Source of the DNA: Malacoraja senta
Lineage: Eukaryota
DNA: 64,000 bases
NCBI GenBank assembly: GCA_038087875.1
Contig: CM075992.1
Coordinates: 12,340,001 to 12,404,000 of the forward strand
Direction of reading: 5' to 3'
Shown: positions 49,401 through 63,235 of the stretch, one piece after another
Layout: each line of letters begins with the position of its first letter
Numbering within the stretch: position 1 is the stretch's first letter
Program-made: the position numbers and the translations under genes
Notes under the pieces: generated by a model
The model's database searches: none
What the model was told of the DNA's origin: nothing
The model's input: the letters and a program-made list of their open reading frames with translations, nothing else

Positions 49401-52400
49401 GGATGATGGATTGAACAGTGCTCCGTGAGATGTTCAAAGCTTGGGATATTTGTTTATAACCTAATCCTGCTTTAAACTTCTCCACAACTTTATCCCTGAC
49501 CTGTCTGGTGTGTTCCTTGGGCTTCATGATGCTGTTTGTGCACTAATGTTCTCTACCAAACCTCTGAGGCCTTCACAGAACAGCTGTATTTATACTGAGA
49601 TTATATTACACACAAGTGGACTCTATTTACTAATTAGGTGACTTCTGAAGGCAATTGGTTGCACTGGATTTTATTTAGGGGTATCAGAGTAAAGGGGGCT
49701 GAATACTTTTGCACGCGACACTTTTCAGTTTTTTATTTGTAAAAAAATTTGAAAAACATGTATCATTTTCCTTCCACTTCACAATTATGCGCCACTTTGT
49801 GTTGGTCTATCACATAAAATCCCAATAAAATACATTTACGTTTGTGGTTGTAATGTGACAAAATGTGGAAAAGTTCAAGGGGTATGAATACTTTTGCAAG
49901 CCACTGTAAGTCCCTTAATCCTTGATATATGCCTCAGGTGATAGTAGGTTGACTTTGTGACTGTTTTTATGTGGCTGTTGAAGTTCAGGTCTGAGTCCAT
50001 GACTACTCCTAAGTTTCTGGCTTGGTTTGTTGTTTTTAGCATTACCATTTGAAGCTGGGTGCTAACTTTTAATTGTTCTTCCTTGGCTCCAAAAACAATT
50101 ATTTCAGTTTTTTCTTTGTTTAATTGGAGAAAATTCTGGTTCATCCAATTGTTGATTTGCTCAATGCATCTACTCAGTGCTTGTATTGGACTATAGTCTC
50201 CTGGTGATATTGTTATGTAGATTTGTGTGTCGTCTGCGTAACTATGGTAACATATTTTGGTTTTTCATGATCTGAGCCAGTGGAAGCATGTAGATGTTAA
50301 ACAGAAGAGGCCCCAGAATGGAGCCCTGGGGAACTCCACATGTAATTTTTGCACGCTCAGATGTGTAATTACCTATAGACACAAAGTAGTCCCTGTCCTT
50401 CAAGTAGGATTCAAACCATGGTACATTTTAACATTTTAAGTTCAAAATGGGTTCTGATTTGCTTCCATATATGTATCAAATTGTGTATAACAGGATTAAA
50501 TCCATAATATGATTTATCAATTGAAGTAGGAGCTAATAGGATGGGACCTATTGAGTATGGGTGACAATCTTCTTGTTCTATTTTTAGCCAATTCAGAGGG
50601 ATGTTTGAGGTGTCAAGCCAGAAAGCAAAGGACTTGATGGCAGATGCCCAGTAAAAGAATCTGAAATTTGGAAGAGCAAGCCCGCCCTTTTGATTCGCAG
50701 AGCTGATTTTTGTTTATCCTATGAGTTTTGTAATTCCACAAGAAAGGTATTATTATCGAATTTAATCTCTTTAAAAATGTTTTTGTAAGAAAAATAGGAA
50801 TGTTCTGAATTTGATATCGTAGATGGGGTAAGAAGATCATTTTAATGTTATTCACTCTTCCGAGTAAGGAAATTGGAAGAGTTTTCCAGAGTTGGATTTT
50901 GCTTTTTAGGTTTTCTAATAAGGGAAGGAAATTGGCCTGTAGCAGGGAAGAGTAACAGCTCTGTCTCATGGTGTTGCGGTCATCGGCGGTGAAGCGCGGC
51001 GTCGCCGGTAGAGGGGACCGCACGGCAACGGTGAGAGCGCCGAGCCTATGCCACGGGAGCGCCGCACGGGTGCTGCGCGGGGGCCGAGTGATTTAAGTAC
51101 GGCTGGTCCCACAGGCTTGCGGTAAGTTAAAAAAAAAGGGCGGGCCGACTGCGATGACGTCATTTTGGATCTGCGGGGCTGTGGCGGCGGCCGTGCTGAT
51201 CGCGGCGCTGTGGCGGCGGCCGTGCCGCACACGTGTCTCACTGGCGGAGGCTGTGGCGGCGGTCGTGCCTCACTGGCGGAGGCTGTGGCGGTGCAAGTTC
51301 GACGCACGGCGCTCGTGCCACACTGGCGGTGGCTGTGGCGGCGGTCGTACCGCACTCGTGCCTCACTGGCAGAGGCTGTGCGGTAGGAAACGTTTTTTAA
51401 ACAGTGTTGGTTTTATTTTAGCACCGTGCGGTGTTGGGAACAACGCCGCACGGCCCCGGAATTGTGCGTTTGACCGAGTGCGCGGTCTATGGCGGCCCAG
51501 GAGCGGTAGATTCTTCCTGTTTCGCCGCCAATGACCGCAGACTCGCGAGACAGGCCTTTAACACTTTGTAACCGCAATTCCTAGATAGGTAAATGTATCT
51601 GTTGTTACTCTGAAAGGAAAATTCTCCAATGTATCTGAGGGGATGGTATGAACTGGGAACAGTATACTTTTATTCCAGTTAATACTGTAGCCTGAAAATG
51701 TACCAAACAGATTAATTTTTTCCAGTATCGCTGGAATAGTGGTTTGAGATTCCTTTGTGTACAGGAGGATATAATCCGCGTACAAAGATATTTTATTTGT
51801 AGTCTCTTTCGTGTCGTAACCATGAATACGTGGATCTAATTGAATACTCTGAGCAAAAGGTTCTATAGCAAGGGCAAATATTAATGCTGATAGGGGGCAA
51901 CCCTGTCTTGTTCCCCTGAACAAATTAAAGGGAGATGAGAGCGTTTGGTTTGTGAGGGTTCGTGCTGTCGGATTTTTATACAGAAGCTTAATCCATTCCA
52001 AAAAATTGTATCCAAAGTTAAATCTCTTGAGGAGCTCGAATAAGTATGGCCATTCAATCTGGTCAAATGCTTTTTCCGCGTCAAACGTTAGTCTAGCCAA
52101 GTCGTTGTTTCCTTCTCTTTTTGTGTACATGATATTAAACAGACTTCTCAAGTTAACGGTGGATTGTCTATTAGGTATGAACACCGTTTGATCTTTGTGT
52201 ATTAATTTACTTATTAATGGGCTTAATCTATTGGCTATGATTTTAGCAAATAGCTTGCCATCTATATTTAGCAGTGAGATCGGATGGTATGAACTTACTT
52301 CTTGGGTATCTTTTCCTTTCTTATGAATCACTCTAATTGTTGCTTCAGTTAGTGTTGGTGGTAGGGCTCCGTCTGATTGTGCTTGTCTATACATTCTATA

Positions 52401-55400
52401 TATATACAGTGTCAGAGTATCATTACATTTCCTGTATAATTCACTTGGAAGTCCATCTGGACCTGGTGCTTTAACAGTTTTAAGAGATGAGATGGCTTCT
52501 TGAATCTCTATAACACGGAGATCAAAATTAAGACCATTGCATTCTTCTTCACTTAATTTAGGGAGATTGCATCTATTAAGAAAGTCATTCATGACAGGGG
52601 AGTTTGCGGTGCATCTGGGCGTATATAGGCTGGAATAAAACTCAAACAATCTATCATTTATTTGTTTGGATTTTGTTAGCGCTGTTCCATTGTTACTCTT
52701 CATTTTATGTATTGTTCGGTCAGTCTCCATTTTTCTTAGCTGTCGTGCCAATAATTTGTGCAGTCTGTCTCCGAATTCGAAGTATTTTCGTTTGGTGCAT
52801 AAAAACGCTTTGCTTATTTTTGCAGAGAGTAATTGATTATATGATATCTCAAATTTGCAATTTTCCTGTGTAAATCAGAGGAGGGATCGAGTGCGTTATC
52901 CCTGTCCAATTGTTGGATCTGTTTTTCTAATTCTTCTATTTTTATTTTACCCCCGTTCCCAAAGCCCCCACTCACTGAAACCCCGTTCCAGAGCTCCATG
53001 CCATTTGCCGGGACCTCCTTTCCCAGGGCTCCCTCCCTCCCAGTTGCTGGGACCACAGATCTCATGCTCCATATCATATTCCAGGCCGCAGTTTCCTGTT
53101 CGCTCCCACTCTTTGTGTAACAATACTGATTTCCGGTGCTATCTGTGTGGAGTTTGCATGTTCTCTCCATGACTGTGTGGGTTTCCCCGGGTGCTCCAGT
53201 TTCTCCCACTTCACAGAAACTTGCTGGGACGTTCATCAGCAACTGTAAAATGCCGCATTGTGGGTTAATGGCAGTTGATGTGACGGTGTCAATAGACAAT
53301 AGACAATAGGTGCAGGAGTAGGCCATTCGACCCTTCAAGCTAGCAGCGCCATTCACTGTGATCATGGCTGATCATCCACAATCAGTACCCCATTCCTGCC
53401 TCCTCCCCCTATCCCTTGACTCCGCTATCTTCCACAGCTCTATCTAAAAGCCCTGTCCCACAGTGCGAGTTGATTCCAAGAGTTCTCCCGAGTTTGCCCT
53501 GATATAAACTTGGAGATTTACGGTATTGGCCACTCATCGGTACTCGGGGCTCCCGTGGACATTTTTCAACGAGTACCTGCTGTTAGCGGTACAAGCCGAT
53601 AAGTGACGTCCCCGAGCTCCGAGGTGCCCGCTACGTTCATTCTCCGTGCTTACCATGAGTTTGATTTTTTTTTAAACTCGGGAGAGCACTTGAATGAACT
53701 CGCACCGTGGGACAGGGCTTTTACTCTCTCTGGAAAGCATCCAGAGAATTGGCCTCCATTGCCTTCTGAGGCAGAGAATTCCACAGATTCACAACTCTCT
53801 GGGTGAAAAAGTTTTTTCTCATCTCCATTCTAAATGGCCTACCCCTTATTCTTAAAATGTGGCCCCTGGTTCTAGACTCCCCCAACATCGGGAACATGTT
53901 TCCTGCCCCTAGCGTGTCCAATCCCTTAATAATCTAAAATGTTTAATTAAGATAACCTCTCATCCTTCACAATTACAGTATGTATAAGCCCAGTCGCTCC
54001 ATTCTTTCAACATATGACAGTTCCGCCATCCCGGGAATTAACCTCATGAACCTACGCTGCACTCCCTCAATAGCAAGAATGTCCTTCCTCAAATTTCGAG
54101 CAGCAAAACTGCTCACTAGGGCCCTGTACAACTGTAGAAGAACATCTTTGCTCCTATACTCAACTCCTCTTGTTATTAAGGCCAACATGCCATTCACTTT
54201 CTTCACTGCCTGCTGTACATGCATTCTTACTTTCAGTGACTAATGAACAAGTGTGAATATGCAAGTTTGAGTACTTGTGAAAATGGCAGATGTCTGTGAA
54301 ACTGTGGAACTGTCAAACTGAGGGTGGCATCACTTGCAGGGAGCTGGAGACCCATGTCACATAGATGGCTCCAGGGAGTCTGAAGCCTGGGAAGGGGCTG
54401 CAGAAAGTATCTGCCCTTGTGACCTACATGGTGCCACAATGTCTGGGATTCTGCAGGTGCAGCAAAGCCTTGATGCTAAAGGCAAGCTTGTGGTTGGTTG
54501 GGGAGATGTTATGTCTCAACTATGTATTGGTACCTTAACTTGTGATTGGTCCAGAAGAGTGGCATCACCAAAGATGTTTCTTTATCTAATGGTAATGTTT
54601 CTTTCCTTAATGGAAATGTTTCTCCCTAAGTGCTATATGTTGAAACTATGTTATGTACTGTTATATGATTGGGCCAAAGAGTTGTCATTCTATGTATTTT
54701 GCAGCCAGTATCAGTAATTGGTTTGTAGGTGCTGAGGACCAGTATTTAGCGGGTAGGAGGATTCCAGGCCTAGGGGGGTTTGAGGCCCCGTCTGTGCGGG
54801 TTCGAGTACCAAACAGTACTGGGTATTATCAGTGCTAATGTAAAATTGGCTGGAATACTTTAAAAATTAGCACTGAATTGTTAGGACGCATCTGTGATAA
54901 TTCTAGGACTGTGATCCTAATTTTTTTATGTAACTTTTGCGAATTCGAGGTATTCATATTCAGTGCTTTTGGTTATTCTTATACTTTAGTTGTTTGTTTC
55001 TGATCGTGTAATATAGAGACTTGCTTAAAATTGTGTAATTTACTCTGCTACCGTAATTGTAATTTAAATTGTATGCTTATACTTTATATTCTGGTTTGCT
55101 TTTGCATTATAATTGTTAGTTGCATAATTTATTGATTAAGCGGTAATTGGCTCCACGGAAGGGGAATGTGTTTGCCTTCTGTCAAATTGAGCATTATCCT
55201 CGGAATGAGAACAATGTCATCGTTGAAGGCATCGTTGAATTTTTGTGTCGCTTTTCCACAATCATCATCATTCCATTGCATTGCTTTGGCGGTTCCAAGT
55301 TTCTCATTAACATGATCGGAGATCCTTTTTTCAACTCCAATTTGTGTGGTGGTAATCCAGAGATCTCGAGTGAATCAAGGAATTCTGTTGGGAAATGAGT

Positions 55401-57091
55401 AGCATTAGTTCCCTCAGTGCCAGGGAAGTGTTTGATACATGTAGAATTGATGATTCTCATCGTATCGTTGTGCGGAACCAAGATACAATTGTCGGAGAAT
55501 ATTTCTGCGGGATTGTCAAACGTGGGATAGATGAAATCAATACAATCCTCCAGTGTTGTAGCTGATAGAACCATGTCTTGTGGCATTTCAATTTCTTCAT
55601 CATTATTCTTTAAAATGTCGTCTTCTCCAACTTTCAACAAAAATTGAGAATATTCGTCTTCTCCCTCTCTCAATCGCATATTTGACTCCAATTGAAACTT
55701 GGTGAAAAGTCCCCACAAGTAGGATTTCTTGATACAGGAAATTTCAATATCAGCATGATTTCCCCTTTTCACTACAAGAAAGAGATGTCCAAAATCGCCA
55801 AAACAAATGGTAAGAATGCCACCAACAGGTTTAGTGTTGGTGTATACATCTCGAAGAGATCTGTCCACCGCTTCAAAGCTCTCCCTGCTAATCATCAGGC
55901 ACTCATCCCATGAGTTTCACTTGCCTCTTGAAACGTGATGTGTTAGAGTTCTTGTCAATTTTGCAGAATGTGTTTTTGGTCACTTGGATGGGTATCTTGA
56001 ATCGAGAATGTGCAGTTCTTCCACCAGGCATTAATGTAGCTGCTATCCCAGAGGATGCGACAGCTATAGCAACATCACCTTGACCTCTAACTTTGGAGAG
56101 GATCAAATTGGTGATAAAGGTCTTCCCTGTTCCTCCTGGTGAATCAGTGAAAAACATTGAAGGAAGATTCCTTTTCAACAGTCGCACACCTGGTCATACA
56201 CTGCTCTCTGCTCAGCATTCACTCGGAGACACGGTTTACACTTGTCCCAGAACGTTGGCTTCAAAAATAACTGGATGATCTTCCACTCTGGCCAACCTTC
56301 CTTCTTTGCCATCTCCTATTGTTCCATGTGTAAAATCGGGAACATCAGCGGAGTAGAGTGTTCATGCAATTGGCTCTCGAGAACACAATACCATGACTTC
56401 AGTTCTCGCCATATCTTCATTCCTCACTCGCTGAGTAGCATTGACTATGATAACGACTAGTTGTTCTTGTGGTAGATGTACCTTGAGTCGAAAGACAGCG
56501 GGTTGTCTCTCATGAGTCGGAAATCTAAGGGTTGATGCTTCTGATGGACCAATGTATTTACTGCATTTTCCATCCTTCCAACATGAAGAGGTGTGGTTGC
56601 AGAACGGTCTATGAATCATCTGCTTGAGTACCAATACATGCAGCTCAGGATCTACTTGTGGGTCTGGTATTTCAGCTTGCACAAATCTGTCAAAATGTTT
56701 TGGTCCTGGCTTACTCGCTTTGTCAAGCCACAGCAGAGTGCAAATGAGGCAGAGCTATCTTCTGATATTCCATAGTGGAGACAAACGCTATACAGTTGCC
56801 AAAGAGGCCATGTGGTCCAGTGAGGTACTTAATGAATAGAATAGTGGCGGCACTGCCCTAGCAGCTGCGGCTCGCCTGCAGTCCGTCTGTCTTTTTCTTT
56901 TTGTTGTTGTTTTCTTTTGTCCTGTTTTAGTTAATTTTAGTTTGTTAGGTTGTGTATGTGTGGGGGGGGGGGGTTGGGAGAAACATGTTTTTGGTTTCTT
57001 CCTTCGGGGGGATGCGACCTTTTCTTGTCGTATCCCCCATCTCCGTCTCCGTCTGTGCTGAGGCCTAATGGCGGAGCTGGCGGCCTCCAAC
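43449..57091. repeat. Copy 2 of the ~13.9-kb duplicate
   Basis: Starts at the gap edge; same elements as copy 1 except the 30034-30237 insertion. Confidence 0.97.
48508..49527 (-). CDS. Tc1 transposase, copy 2 (element 48290-49906)
   Basis: 339 aa; differs from copy 1 by S>N (ATSH/ATNH). Confidence 0.96.
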   Translation of the reverse strand: MKPKEHTRQVRDKVVEKFKAGLGYKQISQALNISRSTVQSIIRKWKEYGTTANLPRHGRPPKLTGWARRALIREAVKRAMVTLEELQRSTAQVGESVHGTTISRALHKSGLYGRVARRKPLLKKSHKKSHLQFATNHVGDTANMWRKVLWSDETKIEVLGLNAKRYVWRKPNTAHRPEHTIPTVKHGGGSIMLWGCFSSAGTGKLVRVDGKMDGDKYRAILEENLLESAKDLRLGRRFTFQQDNDPKHTARATMEWFRSKNIHVLEWPSQSPDLNPIENLWQDLKIAVHRRSPSNLTELELFCKEEWATISVSRCAKLVETYPKRLAAVSAAKGGSTKY

Positions 57092-57380
57092 TGGGACCGA
57101 CCTCGAGGCTCCGGAGGCAGAGCCAGCCAGTGGGGTCACAACATCGGAAGCCTGGATAGCCTCAGCGCAGAGGGAGAACAAGGAGGGAAGAGACAAGGAC
57201 TTTGAGACTTTTGCCTTCCATCACAGTGAGGAGGTGCCTGGTGGACTCACTGTGGTGGATGTTAAATCTGTGTTTATTGTGTGTTTTTGTTATTTTATTC
57301 TATGTTATGATTGCAAGGCACAAAATTCCGTTCAGACTGAAAGGTCTGAATGACAATAAAGGATACTTGACTTGACTTGA
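56843..57380 (+). mobile_element. Non-autonomous SINE-like element with AATAAA-(GACTT)n tail inserted in the Helitron Rep
   Basis: Head AGTGGCGGCACTGCC..CCTGCAG; tail unit matches the Rex1 piece at 5145-5530. Confidence 0.6.
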
Positions 57381-57683
57381 GATCGAATACTCTTGCAGTC
57401 AAGTCTGTTCTATCACATGGCTGCTGATTGCGAAAGAGGCACTGTCACATCTCGTTCCAATTCAGATTGCAAGTCATCGTAATGAAGAATGAAGCATTGC
57501 CATACTTCCAAACGAACATCATGGCTTCCTGGCATCGTTCCGTCATGTATCTCGGTCCACGGACAAACGTTGAGGAGAGGACGATGCGCTTTCCAATGTT
57601 TTCTAAATCATCATTGTCGTTGAATCCTTCCGTGAGGCCTCTGTAAGTTGTTGATCTCAACGATGCTTGATTCATGCGAATAT

Positions 57684-60600
57684 AATAGTAAGATTAAACG
57701 AGAACTTACCAGTTTGAAGTTTGTCCGTTATTTTATGAGGAGTTACGTTGAGGGACTACGTGAAGAAGAACCCCGATCGTGCGCATGCTCGTCAATCTTC
57801 AAAGCGACGGTGTGAAATCACAGATAATAGTGACTGAAGTATAATAGTAAGATGGAAGAAGACTAGAACTACCAGATGCCCTTTATGAGGGTTGGGAGCG
57901 GAGGGCACGTAGTCCCTCAACGTAACTCCTCTTAAAATAATGATCAAACTTCAAACTGGTAAGTTCTCGTTTAATCTTACTATTTTACTTCGGAGTCACG
58001 TGAGTGATTACGTGAAGATTTCAAAGCTCTGTGATTTCATGCCGTGAGAAACGAGTCTACACAGCCACCACTGCTTCATTGACAAATGAGGGAAAAACAT
58101 TCATAATGCATACAGTCATGACATAGATTTAAACATGCTGATGCTGTTAAATGAATTAATAATAATAGTCACACCTCTCATCTGGATGGAAACTATAACT
58201 AGAATGTAAACTCGAGTTGACAAATACCCCTGGTCTGGCAATGGGTTATTATAAAATGTTTGGAACTTTGTTCGTTTGACAATGCTGCAGCCGTTAGGAT
58301 GTGGTCCAGCAGAACGTAATTAACCCTTCCTGCTGCTAATGTTGTAGCAGCCCTGGTGGAGTGAGATCTGGAATCAGTATCTACTCCTGCATAGCTCAAC
58401 TCCGTTTTATTACCTGGAAATGGTCTGAACAGATACGTTCTTAAAGTTTTTTGTAACTAACAATCATAGCTAGCTCAGAGCCTCGAAGGCTCTTGGTGAC
58501 CTTGACGTATTGTTGTATATGTGTGCCCTCACATAACGAAAGGTTCCTGGGTATGCCTTGACCTATTTTGAGACCTGACACCCCTACTGCTCTGCTTAAG
58601 TAAATTATAAACATAAAATACTATACATATTAATTACAGATGTAATCATCCCGTCCCGTCGCAATCATGTAGCGACTGACCTGTTGCACTAAACCAGCGC
58701 CAGGAGGATAACTACCTAATGAGATCCGGCCAAAGCTAAGAATGAAGCTAGAACCCCCTGGTGAAATAGTGTTAACACAATGTCAACATCCCATACTGCA
58801 TTGTACTTGTCCTGGGAGAACTTGTGTTAAAGATATCCTTTACAAGCTCGATATCGGGGGTGAACCTAACAGAGTGGATCTCGTTTGCTGCAGCAAATCT
58901 AATGGTAAGCACGTTGGCACAGTTAATGACCCTATAACTCAATTATTGTCAAAAGACCATTTAAAATGAACTCCAAGACGTCAGTAATCTGTACCATTTT
59001 AAAATGTAACATGAGCTTTAAACAAACGCTTCCCATCTCCTGAAGAAGCAAAGTCCTGCTTTTTTGGTGCTATCCCAGCACTCTGAACACATACAAGGAT
59101 AGGTGTGACAACCCAAGCCATAGGGCAGTTTATTGAGAATCTGCAGAACATACATTGATTTCATCATGCAACGTCTGATTTCCCGAGCCACAGGCTGAAC
59201 CAGCAAAGTTACGTTTAGAATAACCATATAAGGTTGTATTATTATTCCCGACAAATCGGTAATCAAACTGCATAGGCCAATCCCACAGCTGGAACCTAAA
59301 GCGGGCTCTTGATGACTTCATTTGAAGACCCGACTGATGAAGCAAAATGGAGGAAGACATTAAAGACGATTCCTCCTGCTTGTAGCGAGAATGTATCTTT
59401 CACCGCTGTTATGCCACATATTTTTGCAACCTGTAAATTAGCATGAAAACAACATATCTATATTAGGTGTTGCATTGAATCAGAACTTCATAAATACGGT
59501 GTGATCCAACTCCCATTCTGTGTTGTCATTGATCTGTACTTGATGATACTCCAGTGGCAAATGAGATTATGTAACTATTACAGGATTCTTTTACTTGATT
59601 GCACCCACGTGACTATCATATGCCACCATCATAGTGTATCAACATGAAGTTGAGCATGCAGATATGCATATTCACTCAATCACTCTTTAACCCATAAAAT
59701 GCACGTAGGGTCTATAGATAGTTGATACCAATAACTGAAGAATTAATAAGTCATGCAAATCTCCTCCACCTCCAAACTAGAGATGACATTCGCAATATCC
59801 CACCTTAGGCCATAAGCATCATTTTGCAATATATTGAAATATTTACTGATCAAACTACTGAAGCAATGCTGAATACTGTTTGTCCATCATTGTGACTTTG
59901 GTAGCTTCAGCTGGTAATATTAAAGGTGGGTTAACAATGACCTACATGGCACTTTAGAGTTTGCCATTTAGCATGCTTGTCAGTTCTCCCACTTGCACAG
60001 CTGCATCACCTCTATAACATTGCCAATTAGTCTAATGAATAGAAAGCTGCTTTATAACAACAAGGCTGTTCCACGCTTCTATTAACTCCAATCTGTTGCC
60101 CAGGGCAGAGTCACAGGCCAACTAATAGCCAAAGGCAAACCCAATGACCAACTAGTTCATTTGATAACAACTTAATTTTAACTGGATAGAGAAGCCCAAT
60201 TTCTCAAATATAGTTTGAGACTGAAACAGTGGATTTAAGCAAAATACCATCCAGTCAAAATATCATCCAGTCAATACATAACAAGTGTTTTTGAACTCTG
60301 AGTAGTCCACTTTGAATGATTTATTGTCATCATACTGATATATTGCCTCATCATAGCAATGCCTCCAAATATTTCCGATGATCACTGTAAATGGAAACAC
60401 CCTATGAAATCAGTTGTTAATCAGCCATCTTTCATAATGAACAGGCCACTCCTGCCATCATTTCATGTCTGCCCTGAACGGCAACTCTGGCCCAATTCCC
60501 GAGCCCGTCTTGCAAGACAACCCTGGCCACAATACTCAGCCTGTCCGATAATTCTAACCTGTCCCAAAACACTCTGGCCATAATTCTGAGCCTGACTCAA

Positions 60601-61710
60601 AAGACAATTCTTGCCACAATTTTGAACCTGCCTTGAAAATCAATTCTGCCCATATTTCCGAGCCTGTCTCGAAGGCAATCCTGGCTAAAATACTGAGCCT
60701 GCCTCAAACAATTCTGGCCCAATTCCAACCTGCTTGGAATGCTAGTAATGTCCGGTTGTACATGGTTAAATGCCTCTGAGTAGATGACAATGTCTTAATC
60801 ATTTGTGTATTGTACAACCAAGTGTAAATCTTACCAACTTGCAAGTGGTCCCTTAGTTGTAGAGTAGAACTGGTAGAGTGCGTGGACCCTCTGGCCAACT
60901 TTCATACTGCCTCCAGCTTCAGTGAACCGCTTACTGCCCATGAAGATGTGGGGTGCGTTGTCACCGAAACTATGAAGCCTTGCTCGTCGTTGGCCTTAAT
61001 TGGTCCAACAGCTTGTGCTTCGTCCTCCAGGTTTTGCCTGTTGAATAGGTCTTACCTGAATAGAAGATTCGGCGGCTGGCTCTAACGTCCTCTAACGTTC
61101 ACTGCATTGTGTTGGGATGGCAACATTGCTGCCAGGAATGGTACCTCTGACACGTGCCCTTCATCCCTTGGTGTATGCTCCATGGCTAAACCCTCAGACT
61201 CGGCATCAGATTTACACTGACCCGGCATGCTCCCCTCCTGCATAAGGGAGATATTAAGCAGCCCTGCTGCAAGGCGCTGCTGGCGCGGCCTCTCCAATAG
61301 GCTCACCCTTCAGGGTCAGAACAAAACTGCCCCTGTAAGCTCACCTCCTCCATTGAGGGAGGCATTATGCAGCCCTTCTACAGGTGCTGCTGCCATACAT
61401 TAAGCAGCCCTATTACAAGGCGCTGCTGGCACGGCCTCTCCCATAGGCCGGCACTGCCATAGACTCGGCATCCCCATTAAGCAGCCCTGTCCAATGCGCT
61501 GCTGGCGCGGGCTCTCCCATAGGCCCGCGCTGACACAACTCCTGCTGTTGGAGTGTATCTAGATGGAGCCTCCTCTGCATTAGGAGCTCCCTCCTGGCCA
61601 ACCTCCAAATTTTCTCATTACCGGAAGGGAACCCTCCCGGCACCAGGGCTGACCATTTTGGTCCATTTACCCCATATCCTGGGGACCACTGCGGTCTGGG
61701 TACCTCATTG
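57684..61710 (-). mobile_element. DIRS-type tyrosine-recombinase retrotransposon, degenerate, left end missing
   Basis: YR motif HSTRAA..DHILTAA (58199-58399); ~78-bp terminus (57685-57762) complementary to an internal block (57907-57983), the DIRS ITR/ICR arrangement; YID-like RT remnant near 60270. Confidence 0.82.
60480..60735. repeat. Degenerate ~39-bp tandem repeat inside the DIRS
   Basis: CAATTCTGGCCCA..TTCCGAGCCTGTC-like unit, 6-7 copies. Confidence 0.7.
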
Positions 61711-62567
61711 TCATCCTCCTCTCAAAAGGTGGTGTAATTCATTATCATGATTCATGATCCTATAGGCATAATATCGCATTGCTGTCAATTTACTTGCGGT
61801 TACTCATTTGGAGTTGGTGATGCCATCCATCATCTCCATGTGGAGAGAAAAGGATGTATTAAAAACTATCATATGACCTATGAGAGTCTGAAATGATTTT
61901 TAGGTCTCCTCCTCTTTCTTTCAAGACAATGTGCCGTGATGTTGCCTGAGGGTCATTATCTTTTGGTATTATAACAGCAACTTCGTTGGCAATTTGTATG
62001 TTAAACCTCCTTTCGTGTTGCAAAGCTGGCCAACGATCTGGATGAGTGATGATTGATGCCTCTGGTAAACCTCAAATTCTTTCCTTTGCCATTTTAAATG
62101 TTTCAATGTAAGGGTTGTTTTGTCTTATCAAGTTTTGAAGTATTGCAACAATTTCCCTGTGAATACCAGTATTTCGCACTATACCCATTCGCAATTCAAT
62201 GAGTGGGGGTCCATAAAATAGATCTGCAAGAATTGACTTTGCTGGTGTAGGTCAGGCATCAATGAACCAAGGTAATGATGAATCTGGCATTGAATGATCA
62301 TTGAAGGATTCCATCCAGGTGGCACCACTTCCTTGGCAGCGAATGACATCAGTTGAAAGGGACAGTTGTATTGTGTAATATTCTTTCTGAACTCGTTTGC
62401 TTGTTGCATGTCTAATGTATACAATCTCATGAGTTCATCAGGCAGTGCCCACAGAGGAGCAATGTTCACCTGACCCGTAATGCAGCAAAAGGTGGTTTCG
62501 CCAGAGAAATGGTACGCTCGACACTGAGGGCAAACCTTGGTCATTGCATCAACATCAGCAGGGAAGA

Positions 62568-63235
62568 TGTGGGAGGGGGGAGAGTGGTGTGTGTGGGCAT
62601 GTGGGGGTGTGTGTGGGATGGAGGGGGATGTTCCTGGGCAGAGGGTGTGTGGGGGGAGGGGGTGTGTGTGGATGGGGGGGTGTGGGAGAGGGAAGTGTGT
62701 GTGGGGGGTGTGTGGGCGGGGGGTTGTGGAGGGGGAGGGGCGTGTGTGGGCTAGGGGGTTGTGAGGGGTAGGGGTGTGGGAGGGGAGGTAGGGTTGTGTG
62801 TGGGAGGGAAGGGTGTGTTTGGGAGGGAAGGGTGTGTGTGTGGGCGGGGAAGTGTGTGGGTGAGAGTTGGGGGGTTGTGTGGGAGAGGGAGGGGTGTGTG
62901 TGGGAGGGGGGAGAGGTGTGTGTGGTAGCAGGGGAGGGTGAGTGTGGGAGGTAGGTGTGTGGGCATGGGGTTGTTGGATGGGGGAAGGGGGTGTATGGGC
63001 AAGGGATGGTGTGGGGGAGGGGGGTGTATGGGCAGGGGAGAATGCGGGGGGATGGGGGGTGTGGGCAGGGGGGTCTGTGGGGGGAGGGTGGTCTGTGGGG
63101 GGAGGGGCTGTGTGATGTGTGGGCAGGGGGGATGTGGGGGCAGAGTGGGTGTGTGGGGGGTGGTGGGTGTACGGGGGGAGGGTGATGTGTCGGGGGAGGG
63201 GTGTGTGTGGGAGGGTGTGTGTGGGCGAGGGGGAG
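62568..63235. repeat. G/T-rich low-complexity tract
   Basis: Dense GGG runs with GTGT spacers; explains the Pro/His/Thr-rich ORFs. Confidence 0.9.
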
